Assembly: GCA_014729665.1 (NCBI GenBank) | Contig: WJJO01000314.1 | Coordinates: forward strand, 1-36,409 | Length of the DNA stretch: 36,409 nucleotides | Direction of reading: 5' to 3' | DNA from: a candidate division WOR-3 bacterium | GTDB lineage: Bacteria > Hydrothermota > Tepidihabitantia > B3-TA06 | In this document: in pieces, positions 17,508 through 25,697 of the stretch | Numbering within the stretch: position 1 is the first letter of the stretch | Layout: each line of letters starts with the position of its first letter | Position numbers and translations under genes: made by a program | The notes under the pieces: model-generated | Database searches by the model: none | Told to the model about the DNA's origin: nothing | What the model saw: the letters and a program-made list of their open reading frames with translations, nothing else

Positions 17508-18446
17508 TTACTCCCCCTTATACTTCTGCTGGACTATGGAGCGGGGCAGGAAGCGTTTTTCAAACTCCTTGTATTCGGGAAGTCCCACGAACCGCTTGAA
17601 CTCATCAAAGGTACAAAGGAGGTCGGTCCTATCGGGCATGATTCCGCGTTCGGCAAGAACCTTCAGGTACTCGCGCATCCACTTGGTAACCACGAATATG
17701 GTGCCCACAGGCACCGATACACGGGCTACACCCAGCTCTTTAAGTTCCTCGATGGGTATCAAGGGTGTCTTACCGCCTACTACCGAATCGAAAAGGTTGA
17801 CGGATATGGGTGCATCGATCTTTTTTACAGCGTCGCGGATCATCTCCTTATCGGTAGGTGCCTCCAGGAATATCATGTCAGCGCCCGCTTTCGCATATGC
17901 GTTGGAGCGGTGGATGGCGTCCTCGTAGCCTGAAACCGCGATTGCATCGGTGCGGGCGTTTATCACGAAGTCGGGATCGAGGTCCTTGCGGGCCTCCACC
18001 GCGGCCTCTAACTTTTTAACCATCTCTTCTTCACTGACTAACTGCTTTCCCTCCATGTGGCCGCAGCGCTTGGGGAACACCTGATCTTCCAGATTGACCC
18101 CTGCAGCGCCCACCTGGATGAAATCCTGCACGGTACGGATGACGTTGAGCGCATTGCCGAATCCGGTGTCGCCGTCACCCATCACGGGTATGTCAAGCGC
18201 CTGACAAACCCGCCAGGTCATATTGACCACCTCGTTCCAGCCCAGGAGTCCAACATCGGGCTTTCCCAGAAGGCAGGCGGAAACACCGAAACCCGAAACC
18301 TGGGTAAGCTCGAATCCGGCCTCTTCTATGAGTTTTGCCGAAAGCACGTCGTAGCACCCCGGCGCCACCACCGCCCTTTTTTCATTAATCATCTTCTTGA
18401 GTTGCGTAGTTTTCTTCACGCATTCCTCCGGTTTAGATTTTTCCAT
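17508..18446 (-). CDS. Isocitrate lyase/PEP mutase superfamily lyase (methylisocitrate- or dimethylmalate-lyase-like)
   Basis: 312 aa with PGCYDVLSAKLIEEAGF, GDGDTGFG, NLEDQVFPKRCGHMEGK (the K-R-C-G-H catalytic loop of the lyase branch) and INARTDA. Confidence 0.8.
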   Translation of the reverse strand: MEKSKPEECVKKTTQLKKMINEKRAVVAPGCYDVLSAKLIEEAGFELTQVSGFGVSACLLGKPDVGLLGWNEVVNMTWRVCQALDIPVMGDGDTGFGNALNVIRTVQDFIQVGAAGVNLEDQVFPKRCGHMEGKQLVSEEEMVKKLEAAVEARKDLDPDFVINARTDAIAVSGYEDAIHRSNAYAKAGADMIFLEAPTDKEMIRDAVKKIDAPISVNLFDSVVGGKTPLIPIEELKELGVARVSVPVGTIFVVTKWMREYLKVLAERGIMPDRTDLLCTFDEFKRFVGLPEYKEFEKRFLPRSIVQQKYKGE

Positions 18447-18455
18447 TTTTCGGTG

Positions 18456-18483
18456 AGTATAGGCTGGGTATATCGTAAGTCAA
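18456..18483 (-). promoter_or_regulatory. Sigma70-type promoter, near-leaderless (lyase/dehydratase operon)
   Basis: TTGACT-16 nt-TATACT, then 9 nt (caccgaaaa) to ATG 18446. The -35 lies 2 nt after the stop of the upstream gene. Confidence 0.45.
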
Positions 18484-18485
18484 GT

Positions 18486-19367
18486 TCAGCGCTCAAAACC
18501 CAACTTCAAATACAACGCCCATTGTAAAGGATTCCCGTCAACAGCGTCTTCAAACTCGCTTCCATTGCTTCTTGAGCACGTGGTCTGGTAGCCGTAGGTA
18601 GGTACGCTAACCCCTGTAGACCCTTTCCAGTAGAATTCGATCAACAGATTTTTACCCGGATCGTAGGTGAAGGGATTGGCAAGTTCGATATTAAACCACT
18701 CATCCCCTGTCTCCGGATAGGTTATAGACTGGGTTTGGTAAACGAGTCTGGCCTGCTCACCCTCGTAGTTATCCTCGAAGGAAGTTGAGAGCGCGTAGCG
18801 CTCAACCTCCACCATGTAAATCCTGAAGCTGTGAAAGCTGCCCTCCAGGACATCCGAAGGAGACATTACCGATATCTGAGTGATTCTGCCTGACGAATCG
18901 ATCTCGGAACCGGGATATAGAACCTGAAATCTGTAGAAATCCTCCTCTAAAGTATAATAGAAAGGAAGATCGCGAAAATCTTCACCGATTCCTATCACCA
19001 CATCGAAGGTATCTCCTGTTATCTCCCGCGGGGTAACGGTTATGTCGGTTGAAGCCGACGATCGACCCCCTTTCCCGTCGTCTGCGGTAACGGTAAGGGT
19101 TGCCTTATGGGTATCGGGAACCTCCGGGGCAATCCAGGCTACCGCGGCGTCAGTGGTAGAATTGAACGATCCTTCCCCTTTCCATAACCAGTTAATGAAG
19201 TCCCCGTCAGGATCCTCTGAGGAAGCTTCGAGTAAAACTTGTCCCTCGGATTCGATTAGTGTATCGGTAGACGTTATCTCAGGAACAGACGGCGGCTGGT
19301 TTTCATCGCATGTACTTAAACCGATGATTATCACAATAACCAAAGGCACAGCGGTAATTCGTTTCAC
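18486..19367 (-). CDS. Hypothetical exported or lipo-protein with a PKD/Ig-like segment
   Basis: I moved the start to GTG 19367 (VKRITAVPLVIVIIIGLSTC), preceded by AAGGAGG with a 6-nt spacer; the track's TTG 19427 lies inside the promoter -35. The segment DPDGDFINWLWKGEG...TLTVTADDGKGG resembles a PKD repeat. Confidence 0.55.
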   Translation of the reverse strand: MKRITAVPLVIVIIIGLSTCDENQPPSVPEITSTDTLIESEGQVLLEASSEDPDGDFINWLWKGEGSFNSTTDAAVAWIAPEVPDTHKATLTVTADDGKGGRSSASTDITVTPREITGDTFDVVIGIGEDFRDLPFYYTLEEDFYRFQVLYPGSEIDSSGRITQISVMSPSDVLEGSFHSFRIYMVEVERYALSTSFEDNYEGEQARLVYQTQSITYPETGDEWFNIELANPFTYDPGKNLLIEFYWKGSTGVSVPTYGYQTTCSRSNGSEFEDAVDGNPLQWALYLKLGFER

Positions 19368-19394
19368 ACGTGTCCTCCTTTTTCCTACTGATCT

Positions 19395-19423
19395 ATTATG
19401 CCCTGCGCTGTAGTATTTGTCAA
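19395..19423 (-). promoter_or_regulatory. Sigma70-type promoter, leadered (gene 18486..19367)
   Basis: TTGACA-17 nt-CATAAT. AAGGAGG lies 6 nt before GTG 19367. Confidence 0.45.
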
Positions 19424-19600
19424 GCAATAAACGTCCTCAACACTCAATTCGAAACCAAACTCATCCCGATGAATGCGATATGGTTAACGGAACAACGAAC
19501 AATCAAGGAAGAAACTCAAACGGGATTATTCAACACCCTTCCTTGCCTACTTATCGGTCTGAGGGATAAATCTAAGATATCCTTTAGCTGTTGGGGTACG

Positions 19601-19828
19601 CTATAAACCGCAGATCGAGCAGTTGCCGCTCGAACAGGTGCCGCAGCCCCCGCCGGATGATGAATCGGACTTTTTCCCCGCACCCGCGACCCCAAAGACC
19701 GATAACATGACCTCGAGGTCCTTGGCCTTACACGAAGGACAGCGGAGCCCTTTCTTGTCTGAATCTTTCAATACAAGGAACTCGAAAACATTGCCGCATT
19801 TGCGGCATCTAAACTCCCTTATAGGCAT
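19601..19828 (-). CDS. FmdB-family zinc-ribbon protein
   Basis: 75 aa. MPIREFRCRKCGNVFEF...CPSCK is the FmdB/CxxC_CxxC_SSSS layout, followed by a Gly/Cys-rich tail. Confidence 0.8.
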   Translation of the reverse strand: MPIREFRCRKCGNVFEFLVLKDSDKKGLRCPSCKAKDLEVMLSVFGVAGAGKKSDSSSGGGCGTCSSGNCSICGL

Positions 19829-19835
19829 GTAGGGT

Positions 19836-19863
19836 ATTATAGGATACCGGCGAGAGGTGTCAA
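19836..19863 (-). promoter_or_regulatory. Sigma70-type promoter, leaderless class (FmdB-family gene)
   Basis: TTGACA-16 nt-TATAAT (both hexamers are consensus), then 7 nt (accctac) to ATG 19828. Confidence 0.55.
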
Positions 19864-19917
19864 GTCCATGATATGTTTCAGGCAGGTGAAATTAAAAAAA
19901 GTTGAGAGGGAGAAAAC

Positions 19918-20556
19918 TTACTTGTCCGGAACCTTAGCCAGGAGTTCGACTACGCCGTGGAAGTGGTCATCCTTGGGATTGGGGTCCTTCTCTATGCCTT
20001 CCTTAACCGCGACTATCTCGAGGCCATCGACCAGTTCCTTCATCTCATCTAAATCGAAGAAGTGAACCGGCATCTTTCGGGTAGGAACAAAGTAGGTTCT
20101 TTCCTCAATCTCATCGAGTTTATCCTTACAGATCAGAAAACCGGGGTCTTCTGTGGAGAATGCCGAAAGGTAGATGTATCCGCCTGGAATAAGTCCTTTG
20201 GTTGCCATCTTCACCAACCCCGCACGTTCACCCTTGCGGATATACATAAGCGACCACGTAAGGAGCGCCAGCGAGTAACGCTTGGGTATGATAGTCAGTG
20301 TAGTCAATTCATTGCGGATTGCCCTGACGGTAAGATTATTTCCCTTGGCGTATTCCTGCAGTTCGTTTATGAGCTTGGTGTTGCGGTCAAAGGCCTCCAC
20401 CTCGAACCCGTGCTCTGCAAGGAAGATTGCATTATCGCCTTTACTGCCCGTACATGCCCCCAGATCAATCACATACCCTTTGGGGAACATCGAAACATAC
20501 TTAGGCAGAAAAAGATCAGGATAACCTTTCCAGTCCTTACCTCTGGTCGCGTTCAT
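19918..20556 (-). CDS. Class I SAM-dependent methyltransferase (TehB-like)
   Basis: 212 aa with a motif I region VIDLGACTGSKGDNAIFLAEHGFEVEAFD and an overall TehB-like length and order. Confidence 0.7.
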   Translation of the reverse strand: MNATRGKDWKGYPDLFLPKYVSMFPKGYVIDLGACTGSKGDNAIFLAEHGFEVEAFDRNTKLINELQEYAKGNNLTVRAIRNELTTLTIIPKRYSLALLTWSLMYIRKGERAGLVKMATKGLIPGGYIYLSAFSTEDPGFLICKDKLDEIEERTYFVPTRKMPVHFFDLDEMKELVDGLEIVAVKEGIEKDPNPKDDHFHGVVELLAKVPDK

Positions 20557-20561
20557 ACCTA

Positions 20562-20589
20562 ATCCTATTCAAAAAAATGATTCAGTCAA
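20562..20589 (-). promoter_or_regulatory. Sigma70-type promoter, leaderless class (methyltransferase)
   Basis: TTGACT-16 nt-TAGGAT, then 5 nt (taggt) to ATG 20556. Confidence 0.45.
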
Positions 20590-20675
20590 GACTTAGCAAC
20601 CTATATACAAACTTCGCGACCTATATAGACCTGTTAATAAAGATTCGCTCAAATCACGGGTGAAATCCTTTCTCC

Positions 20676-20703
20676 TTGACAACCGGAGGTTTTAGTTTAG
20701 AAT
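20676..20703 (+). promoter_or_regulatory. Sigma70-type promoter (Fur-family gene)
   Basis: TTGACA-16 nt-TAGAAT, then 11 nt to GTG 20715. Confidence 0.5.
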
Positions 20704-20712
20704 TCAATCTAA
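20692..20712. promoter_or_regulatory. Imperfect 21-bp inverted repeat overlapping the -10 (candidate Fur/PerR operator)
   Basis: ttagtttagaattcaatctaa has 7 of 10 arm positions symmetric (TTAGnTTnnA-n-TnnAAnCTAA). It is AT-rich and sits on the -10 of the regulator's own promoter. Confidence 0.25.
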
Positions 20713-20714
20713 TC

Positions 20715-21143
20715 GTGATAAGTGTTGAAGAAACCGTCAGAAAATGCCGAATATACGGAATGCGGATCACCGCTCAGCGCCTTGAGATATTAAAGTACCT
20801 TATCGGAAATCCCATTCACCCCACAGCCGAAGAGATATACCGGGATGTAAAGGGGGAACAACCGAACATCTCAAGGGCTACGGTATACAATACTGTTAAC
20901 ATGCTGGTCAGGCTCGGAGAGATCAGGGAACTGGGTTGCACCTCCGGATGCAGACGTTTTGAACCGGACCTAACACCTCACGATCACGCACTTTGCGTCA
21001 AATGCGGAAGGCTATTCGACATCGAATCGGAAGGAGAAAAAGACACGCGAGTCATGGTGATGGGTAAACCTTTCGAGGTCAAGTATACAGATATTACATA
21101 TCACGGATTGTGTCAGACCTGTGCGGGTTCGGATGATAACTGA
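20715..21143 (+). CDS. Fur-family transcriptional regulator (PerR/Fur-like)
   Basis: The winged-helix N-terminus GMRITAQRLEILKYL...HPTAEEIY, HDHALCVKCG and CQTC zinc motifs are present. Start set at GTG 20715. The track start TTG 20676 is the -35 hexamer of the promoter. ATG 20760 is an alternative start. Confidence 0.85.
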   Translation: MISVEETVRKCRIYGMRITAQRLEILKYLIGNPIHPTAEEIYRDVKGEQPNISRATVYNTVNMLVRLGEIRELGCTSGCRRFEPDLTPHDHALCVKCGRLFDIESEGEKDTRVMVMGKPFEVKYTDITYHGLCQTCAGSDDN

Positions 21144-21254
21144 TTTATATGAATTTTTAATAATTTCCCTATTGGAAAAGGGGGAATTCCGGATCGGCAC
21201 TCCGCATAGAGACTTCCAACCTTTTGGGGTATATGTTACGGGGAAAGGACAAAA

Positions 21255-21374
21255 ATGGCTGAAGAAGGAAAAACCTACGTATGCGATATCTGCGGTCAGG
21301 AGGTTCTGGTAACCAAGGAAGGTGCCGGAACACTCGTATGCTGCGGACAGGATATGCATCCGAAGGATGAGTAA
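21255..21374 (+). CDS. Desulforedoxin (39 aa, below the track's size cut-off)
   Basis: MAEEGKTYVCDICGQEVLVTKEGAGTLVCCGQDMHPKDE. The Cys pattern C-x-x-C-G ... C-C-G and the GTLVCCG core match the Desulfovibrio gigas desulforedoxin and Dfx domain I. GGAAAGGA lies about 6 nt upstream of the ATG. Confidence 0.8.
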   Translation: MAEEGKTYVCDICGQEVLVTKEGAGTLVCCGQDMHPKDE

Positions 21375-21674
21375 CCGAACAATAGATATGTTTTAATCTT
21401 CAGGTGTATCGCAAAATAACCTAACAGACATTTCAGTGACTTTAAGGGGTTGAATATCAGCTAATTGACCATTAAGCCTTAAGTCTGATCAAGGCAGCTC
21501 GTTTACAAGGATGGATTTCATCTCAACTCAGATATTGTTGCACATTAACATGCGAATCTACATTTTAGTAAAAATCTTTGGGGGTATACATAATGTAATT
21601 CGAAAAGGCCAGGCGCATACAGTAGTTAGGTCGTCGGTATATTCACCAAGGTGTATGGATTTGTAAAACTAGTC

Positions 21675-21702
21675 TTGACAGCCCAGGAGCCTGTCATATA
21701 CT
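21675..21702 (+). promoter_or_regulatory. Sigma70-type promoter, leaderless class (transglutaminase-like/lptD genes)
   Basis: TTGACA-16 nt-TATACT, then 5 nt (ctgct) to ATG 21708. Confidence 0.5.
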
Positions 21703-21707
21703 CTGCT

Positions 21708-23147
21708 ATGTATAAGAGAATCTTACCCGTATTAGTACTCTTGCTTGCCTGCGGTTCGGGCAAGCACGAAGCCGCCCAGTTTGAGCCGACTGAAGGAATC
21801 GTTGCCTCAGAGGACTGGATGGGCATGTATATTAAGGATGCAAAGATAGGCTACCTCTACTCGCGCCAGGAGATTCTTGACTCTTCTACCTTGAGGTTCA
21901 CACAGAAGTCGGTAATGAAGCTCGAGATGCTGGGTTCGCATGAAGAGTTCTCTACCAATATGATTGCAGAAACCGATACGAACTATAATCTTATTACCTT
22001 TACTTCAGACATCTCATCCAGACAGACGACCTTCTACGCCGAGGGTTATCGCGATGAAGATTTATTAATAATCACGGTCGAAAGCGCTGGCACAAAGGAG
22101 ACTAAAGAGATTCCGATCGAAGGCGAGGGGTTAATAACACCCGCCCTTGGAAAATGGGTACTTGCAAAGAATCCCCAGCCCGGAGATAAGTTCAAGGTAA
22201 CCATCTTCGAGCCGACTCTGCTTCGCTTCATCCCGGTTACAGTCAAGACGATAGGGCCCGAGGCGGTGGAGATAGATGATGAAAAGATACCCGCCATGCA
22301 CTTCAAAACCACCCTTCTTGCGATGACAAACGACGTGTGGCTGGATTCGACTGGGTCGAGTCTAAAGGAGATACAGAAACCGAAGATACTTGCCATACGT
22401 GAATCCCGAACCCGGGCGCTTGCGGAGATACCCGCACCGGTCCAGCTTGATTTACTCAGCTTCTTTGCGGTCCAACCGGATAAACCTATAGAGAATCCAC
22501 GTGGTCTGTCCAGGATTAAGTTGCTAGTAAGCGGTATACCTCCTGAGGTGGAGCTTTCACTGTCTTCTGAAACCCAGGGGAAAATAGACCTTCCAGAAGG
22601 TATCGAGTTGACCATAACCTTGCCCGATACCTCCTCGATGTCCGGCTCTCCGCTGCCTTTAACCGAACCTGCCGAGTTCCTGGGTTCGAGCATATACATC
22701 CAGAAGGACAACGAGAAGATAAGGAACAAGGCCCTAGAGATAGTCGGCGATGAGAAGGACGCCGTGACCGCGGCCGCAAAGCTGGTTGACTGGGTGCACA
22801 ATAACCTGACCAAGAGGGCGACGGCCTCCGTTCCATCCGCAGTCGAAGTACTTGCAACCCGCCAGGGTGACTGCAACGAGCACGCCATACTGACCGCCGC
22901 TCTGGGGAGAGCCGCCGGGATTCCCACCAAGATTAATGTGGGCCTGGTGTATTTGGACGGAGCGTTCTACTACCACGCCTGGAACTCATTCTGGACAGGG
23001 GACACCTGGGTGCCTGCCGACGCGACGTTCGGACAGCTCCCTGCCGACCCGACACATATCCAGCTTCACGAAGGCGAACTGGACGAGCAGGCCAAGGTTC
23101 TGGCAATAGTGGGACAGATCGGCATTCAGATACTCGAGGCAAGGTAG
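21708..23147 (+). CDS. Transglutaminase-like domain lipoprotein
   Basis: Start set at ATG 21708 (MYKRILPVLVLLLACGS, lipobox LLACG), 5 nt after a consensus -10. The C-terminal transglutaminase-core triad context is QGDCNEHA ... YHAWN ... D. Confidence 0.8.
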   Translation: MYKRILPVLVLLLACGSGKHEAAQFEPTEGIVASEDWMGMYIKDAKIGYLYSRQEILDSSTLRFTQKSVMKLEMLGSHEEFSTNMIAETDTNYNLITFTSDISSRQTTFYAEGYRDEDLLIITVESAGTKETKEIPIEGEGLITPALGKWVLAKNPQPGDKFKVTIFEPTLLRFIPVTVKTIGPEAVEIDDEKIPAMHFKTTLLAMTNDVWLDSTGSSLKEIQKPKILAIRESRTRALAEIPAPVQLDLLSFFAVQPDKPIENPRGLSRIKLLVSGIPPEVELSLSSETQGKIDLPEGIELTITLPDTSSMSGSPLPLTEPAEFLGSSIYIQKDNEKIRNKALEIVGDEKDAVTAAAKLVDWVHNNLTKRATASVPSAVEVLATRQGDCNEHAILTAALGRAAGIPTKINVGLVYLDGAFYYHAWNSFWTGDTWVPADATFGQLPADPTHIQLHEGELDEQAKVLAIVGQIGIQILEAR

Positions 23148-23150
23148 GGT

Positions 23151-25568
23151 TTGGTCCTCTTACTTCTTCTTGCCGCACAGATCGAGCCGGCTGCAACCGC
23201 GGAGTCCAGCCCGGATTCCCTTCCTTCCGATACCATCATACAGGATTCCTTCAAGGCGGGGGTTTCGGTGGTCAAGTTCGGCGCCGACACGCTGATCTTT
23301 TATCCGGAAGAGGAACGAGTTCTGCTTCTCTGGAACGGCTGGGTAGAGTACGGAGAAACAGAAGTCCACTCGGATTCCATCACCTTCTCCACCTCAGAAA
23401 GACTACTTACCGCGCACAAGGAAGCCGAACTCCACTCAGGTCGGGATGTAGTTACCGGCTCAATCCTGCACTACGCGGTAGAGACGGGTAAGGGCATGAT
23501 GGAGGAGGGCAGAACCCGGATAGAGGACGGTTACTTCTACGGAAAAGGTGTATGGCTGGTCGAGGAGGACGTGCTGCTGATTAAGAACGGTTACTATACA
23601 ACCTGCGAGCTCACCCCACCCCATTACGATTTCTACGGCCTACAGCTCAAGGTACTGATCGATGATATGGTCATATCCAAGCCCATTTTTCTAAGGATTA
23701 ATCTCCTCAGGCGTCTAAAACTTCCTATATTAGCCGCCCCCTTCTGGTATCTGCCCATAGGTACCGACCGTAAATCAGGTATAATGCCTTTTAAGGTCGG
23801 ACATAATTCACAGGAAGGTTGGTATGCTAAACAGGTTCGTTACTACTGGGTGCCCAACGATTATACCGACGCGACCTTCAGCCTGGATATATTGAGTGAA
23901 TTGGGATTCCGGCCTGGGGCTTTGTTTAACTGGGAATACGGCCCTCAATCCGCCCCATACGTTCAGGGTCGCTTGAGCGGCAACTACATCAACGAACCCA
24001 CCGGCTCGGGTCAGCGTCAGAGACGGTGGACAATCAACCTGCGCAACACCAGTTACCTGCCCGACGGTACGGTGGCCAAAGCCAGCATCAACTACGTAAG
24101 CGACAGTACCTATCTCGAAGATTATATAGAAGACCCGGACAGCACCAATCTGGTGATAGATCGGGAACAGCATACCCACTCCGAGATTTCCCTGAGTCGA
24201 GAACTCTTCGGGAGAGGTTTGTCGCTTTCCGCAGATCGCGACGACGATCTGGCGACCGGTTCCTGGGATATGACCCTGCCGACATTCAGCTTCTCCTGGC
24301 CCACGGTTAATCTCTGGGATTTCTTTTCGTTGGGATTCGGACGCTTCAGGATTTCCAACGACTATTCCCACGATGTCCAGTGGATACAGGACACCCTGTC
24401 GGCAGACAGCGCCCTGCAGGCGGAGGATACGAGATCTACAAGCTTCAACCAACCACTGAATCTTAACTGGAGCTACAAGTTTTTCTCGGCATACACCTAT
24501 AATCAGTCCTACAGCGCAGGACAGTCCCTTCAATGGAACACCGACGCCGCAGGTGTGGACACTCTCATACGCGGAGGTAGCTATAACTTCAGCCACGGGT
24601 TTAGCACAGAGCTTTACCGTCTTTTCGGCATATACGCATTGGGCATGAACGGGCTTCTCCATACCGTAACCCCGCGCATAAGTCACTCCCTGACACCACG
24701 CACAGAAACCATTCACCCCTGGCTGGTTTACCCCAGATTCGACACCACCCTCTATTCTCACAACGTAACCTTCAGCATCGGACAAAGCTTCCAGACCAAG
24801 TTGACGGACAGAAGGGACACAACCCGACTGAGAAAGCAAAATCTCATCGATCTTTCCACCTCCATCAGCTATAACCTGTTGACCGACAGCCTTGGTACGG
24901 TGGATGCAAGGATTTATCTTCCGTCAGGCATGCCTGTAACGGCAAACGCAAGCGTTTCATACAATATCTACACGGATAGCTTTACTGTCAGCACCTACGT
25001 CACGGCCGACATCGACGATATCGTGTTTCCCCTGTTCGGCTTACGAAAGAGGGAAGAGACGGTATCCCTCGAAGATACCACTTCTGCCCCGGATTCACTG
25101 GGGATGATGGAGGATGCGTGGCTGGATTCGATGTTTTCGGCTGATACCCTGACCGATACGCTCGATAGTTTGGTTGGCGATTCAGTGCCTGATATGAAGA
25201 AAGAGGCCGAAGAGACATTCCTTGAGCGGTTCTCAAAAAGCAGGATATCAATCACAGACAACTGGACCATGAACGGTGACCACATGCTGTCCCTGGCTTC
25301 GACCCTGTACCTTCCGTGGGGAATCGATCTGGGATTATCGGCAAGCACAAATCTGACCGAGGCAAAGAGTACCTGGCAGGACTACCTGGCCAACTACAAC
25401 ATTGAGGTGGTAAAGAGCCTTCACTGCTGGGAAATGGTCTTCGAGATGCGGCCTGTTCCGCGGGCCGGTGCGCGCGACAGTATCGACTGGAGCATCTACT
25501 TCCGAATCACCGAAATCCCGGACATACAGTTAGGCAAAGGAGTGCTCAAACAGCTGGGCTGGGAATAG
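23151..25568 (+). CDS. lptD: LPS-assembly outer-membrane protein LptD (OstA family)-like
   Basis: 805 aa. An OstA-like N-terminal region is followed by NGYYTTCELTPPHYDF...LPILAAPFWYLPIGTDRKSGIMPFKVGHNSQEGW...YYWVPNDYTDATF, the conserved LptD core, then a long beta-barrel-like Y/S/T-rich C-terminus. The TTG start is uncertain. Confidence 0.7.
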   Translation: MVLLLLLAAQIEPAATAESSPDSLPSDTIIQDSFKAGVSVVKFGADTLIFYPEEERVLLLWNGWVEYGETEVHSDSITFSTSERLLTAHKEAELHSGRDVVTGSILHYAVETGKGMMEEGRTRIEDGYFYGKGVWLVEEDVLLIKNGYYTTCELTPPHYDFYGLQLKVLIDDMVISKPIFLRINLLRRLKLPILAAPFWYLPIGTDRKSGIMPFKVGHNSQEGWYAKQVRYYWVPNDYTDATFSLDILSELGFRPGALFNWEYGPQSAPYVQGRLSGNYINEPTGSGQRQRRWTINLRNTSYLPDGTVAKASINYVSDSTYLEDYIEDPDSTNLVIDREQHTHSEISLSRELFGRGLSLSADRDDDLATGSWDMTLPTFSFSWPTVNLWDFFSLGFGRFRISNDYSHDVQWIQDTLSADSALQAEDTRSTSFNQPLNLNWSYKFFSAYTYNQSYSAGQSLQWNTDAAGVDTLIRGGSYNFSHGFSTELYRLFGIYALGMNGLLHTVTPRISHSLTPRTETIHPWLVYPRFDTTLYSHNVTFSIGQSFQTKLTDRRDTTRLRKQNLIDLSTSISYNLLTDSLGTVDARIYLPSGMPVTANASVSYNIYTDSFTVSTYVTADIDDIVFPLFGLRKREETVSLEDTTSAPDSLGMMEDAWLDSMFSADTLTDTLDSLVGDSVPDMKKEAEETFLERFSKSRISITDNWTMNGDHMLSLASTLYLPWGIDLGLSASTNLTEAKSTWQDYLANYNIEVVKSLHCWEMVFEMRPVPRAGARDSIDWSIYFRITEIPDIQLGKGVLKQLGWE

Positions 25569-25643
25569 AATACTTAAAGTCGTTCGGTTTTTATCTGTGA
25601 TGTGTTTTTTATCCTGTGAGCAATTGTAATAAGGAATACTGAC

Positions 25644-25672
25644 TTGACAGCCGGCTACAATCATGTTAATAT
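25644..25672 (+). promoter_or_regulatory. Sigma70-type promoter, leadered (LRR gene)
   Basis: TTGACA-17 nt-TAATAT. AAGGAGG lies 5 nt before ATG 25698. Confidence 0.5.
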
Positions 25673-25697
25673 CTTTCAATCCATCAAGGAGGAGAGA

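Noticed and set aside
23145-23153. The transglutaminase-like gene and lptD are in the same reading frame, separated only by TAG plus one codon (TAG-GGT-TTG), which hints at read-through or a split fusion.
   Set aside because: The downstream ORF starts with its own hydrophobic signal-like segment. A lipoprotein-LptD fusion makes no topological sense, and same-frame adjacency occurs by chance one time in three. It is worth a glance only if read data show a TAG polymorphism.
22046-24839. Long antisense ORFs (294 aa at 22046..22930 and 343 aa at 23808..24839). Similar cases are 17202..17933, 17233..17928, 2420..3016 and 11422..11967.
   Set aside because: Each lies entirely inside and opposite a gene with clear family motifs. 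Their products are low-complexity and Ser/Arg/Pro/Gly-rich, with no recognisable domain, promoter or SD. These are typical shadow ORFs of moderately GC-rich coding DNA.
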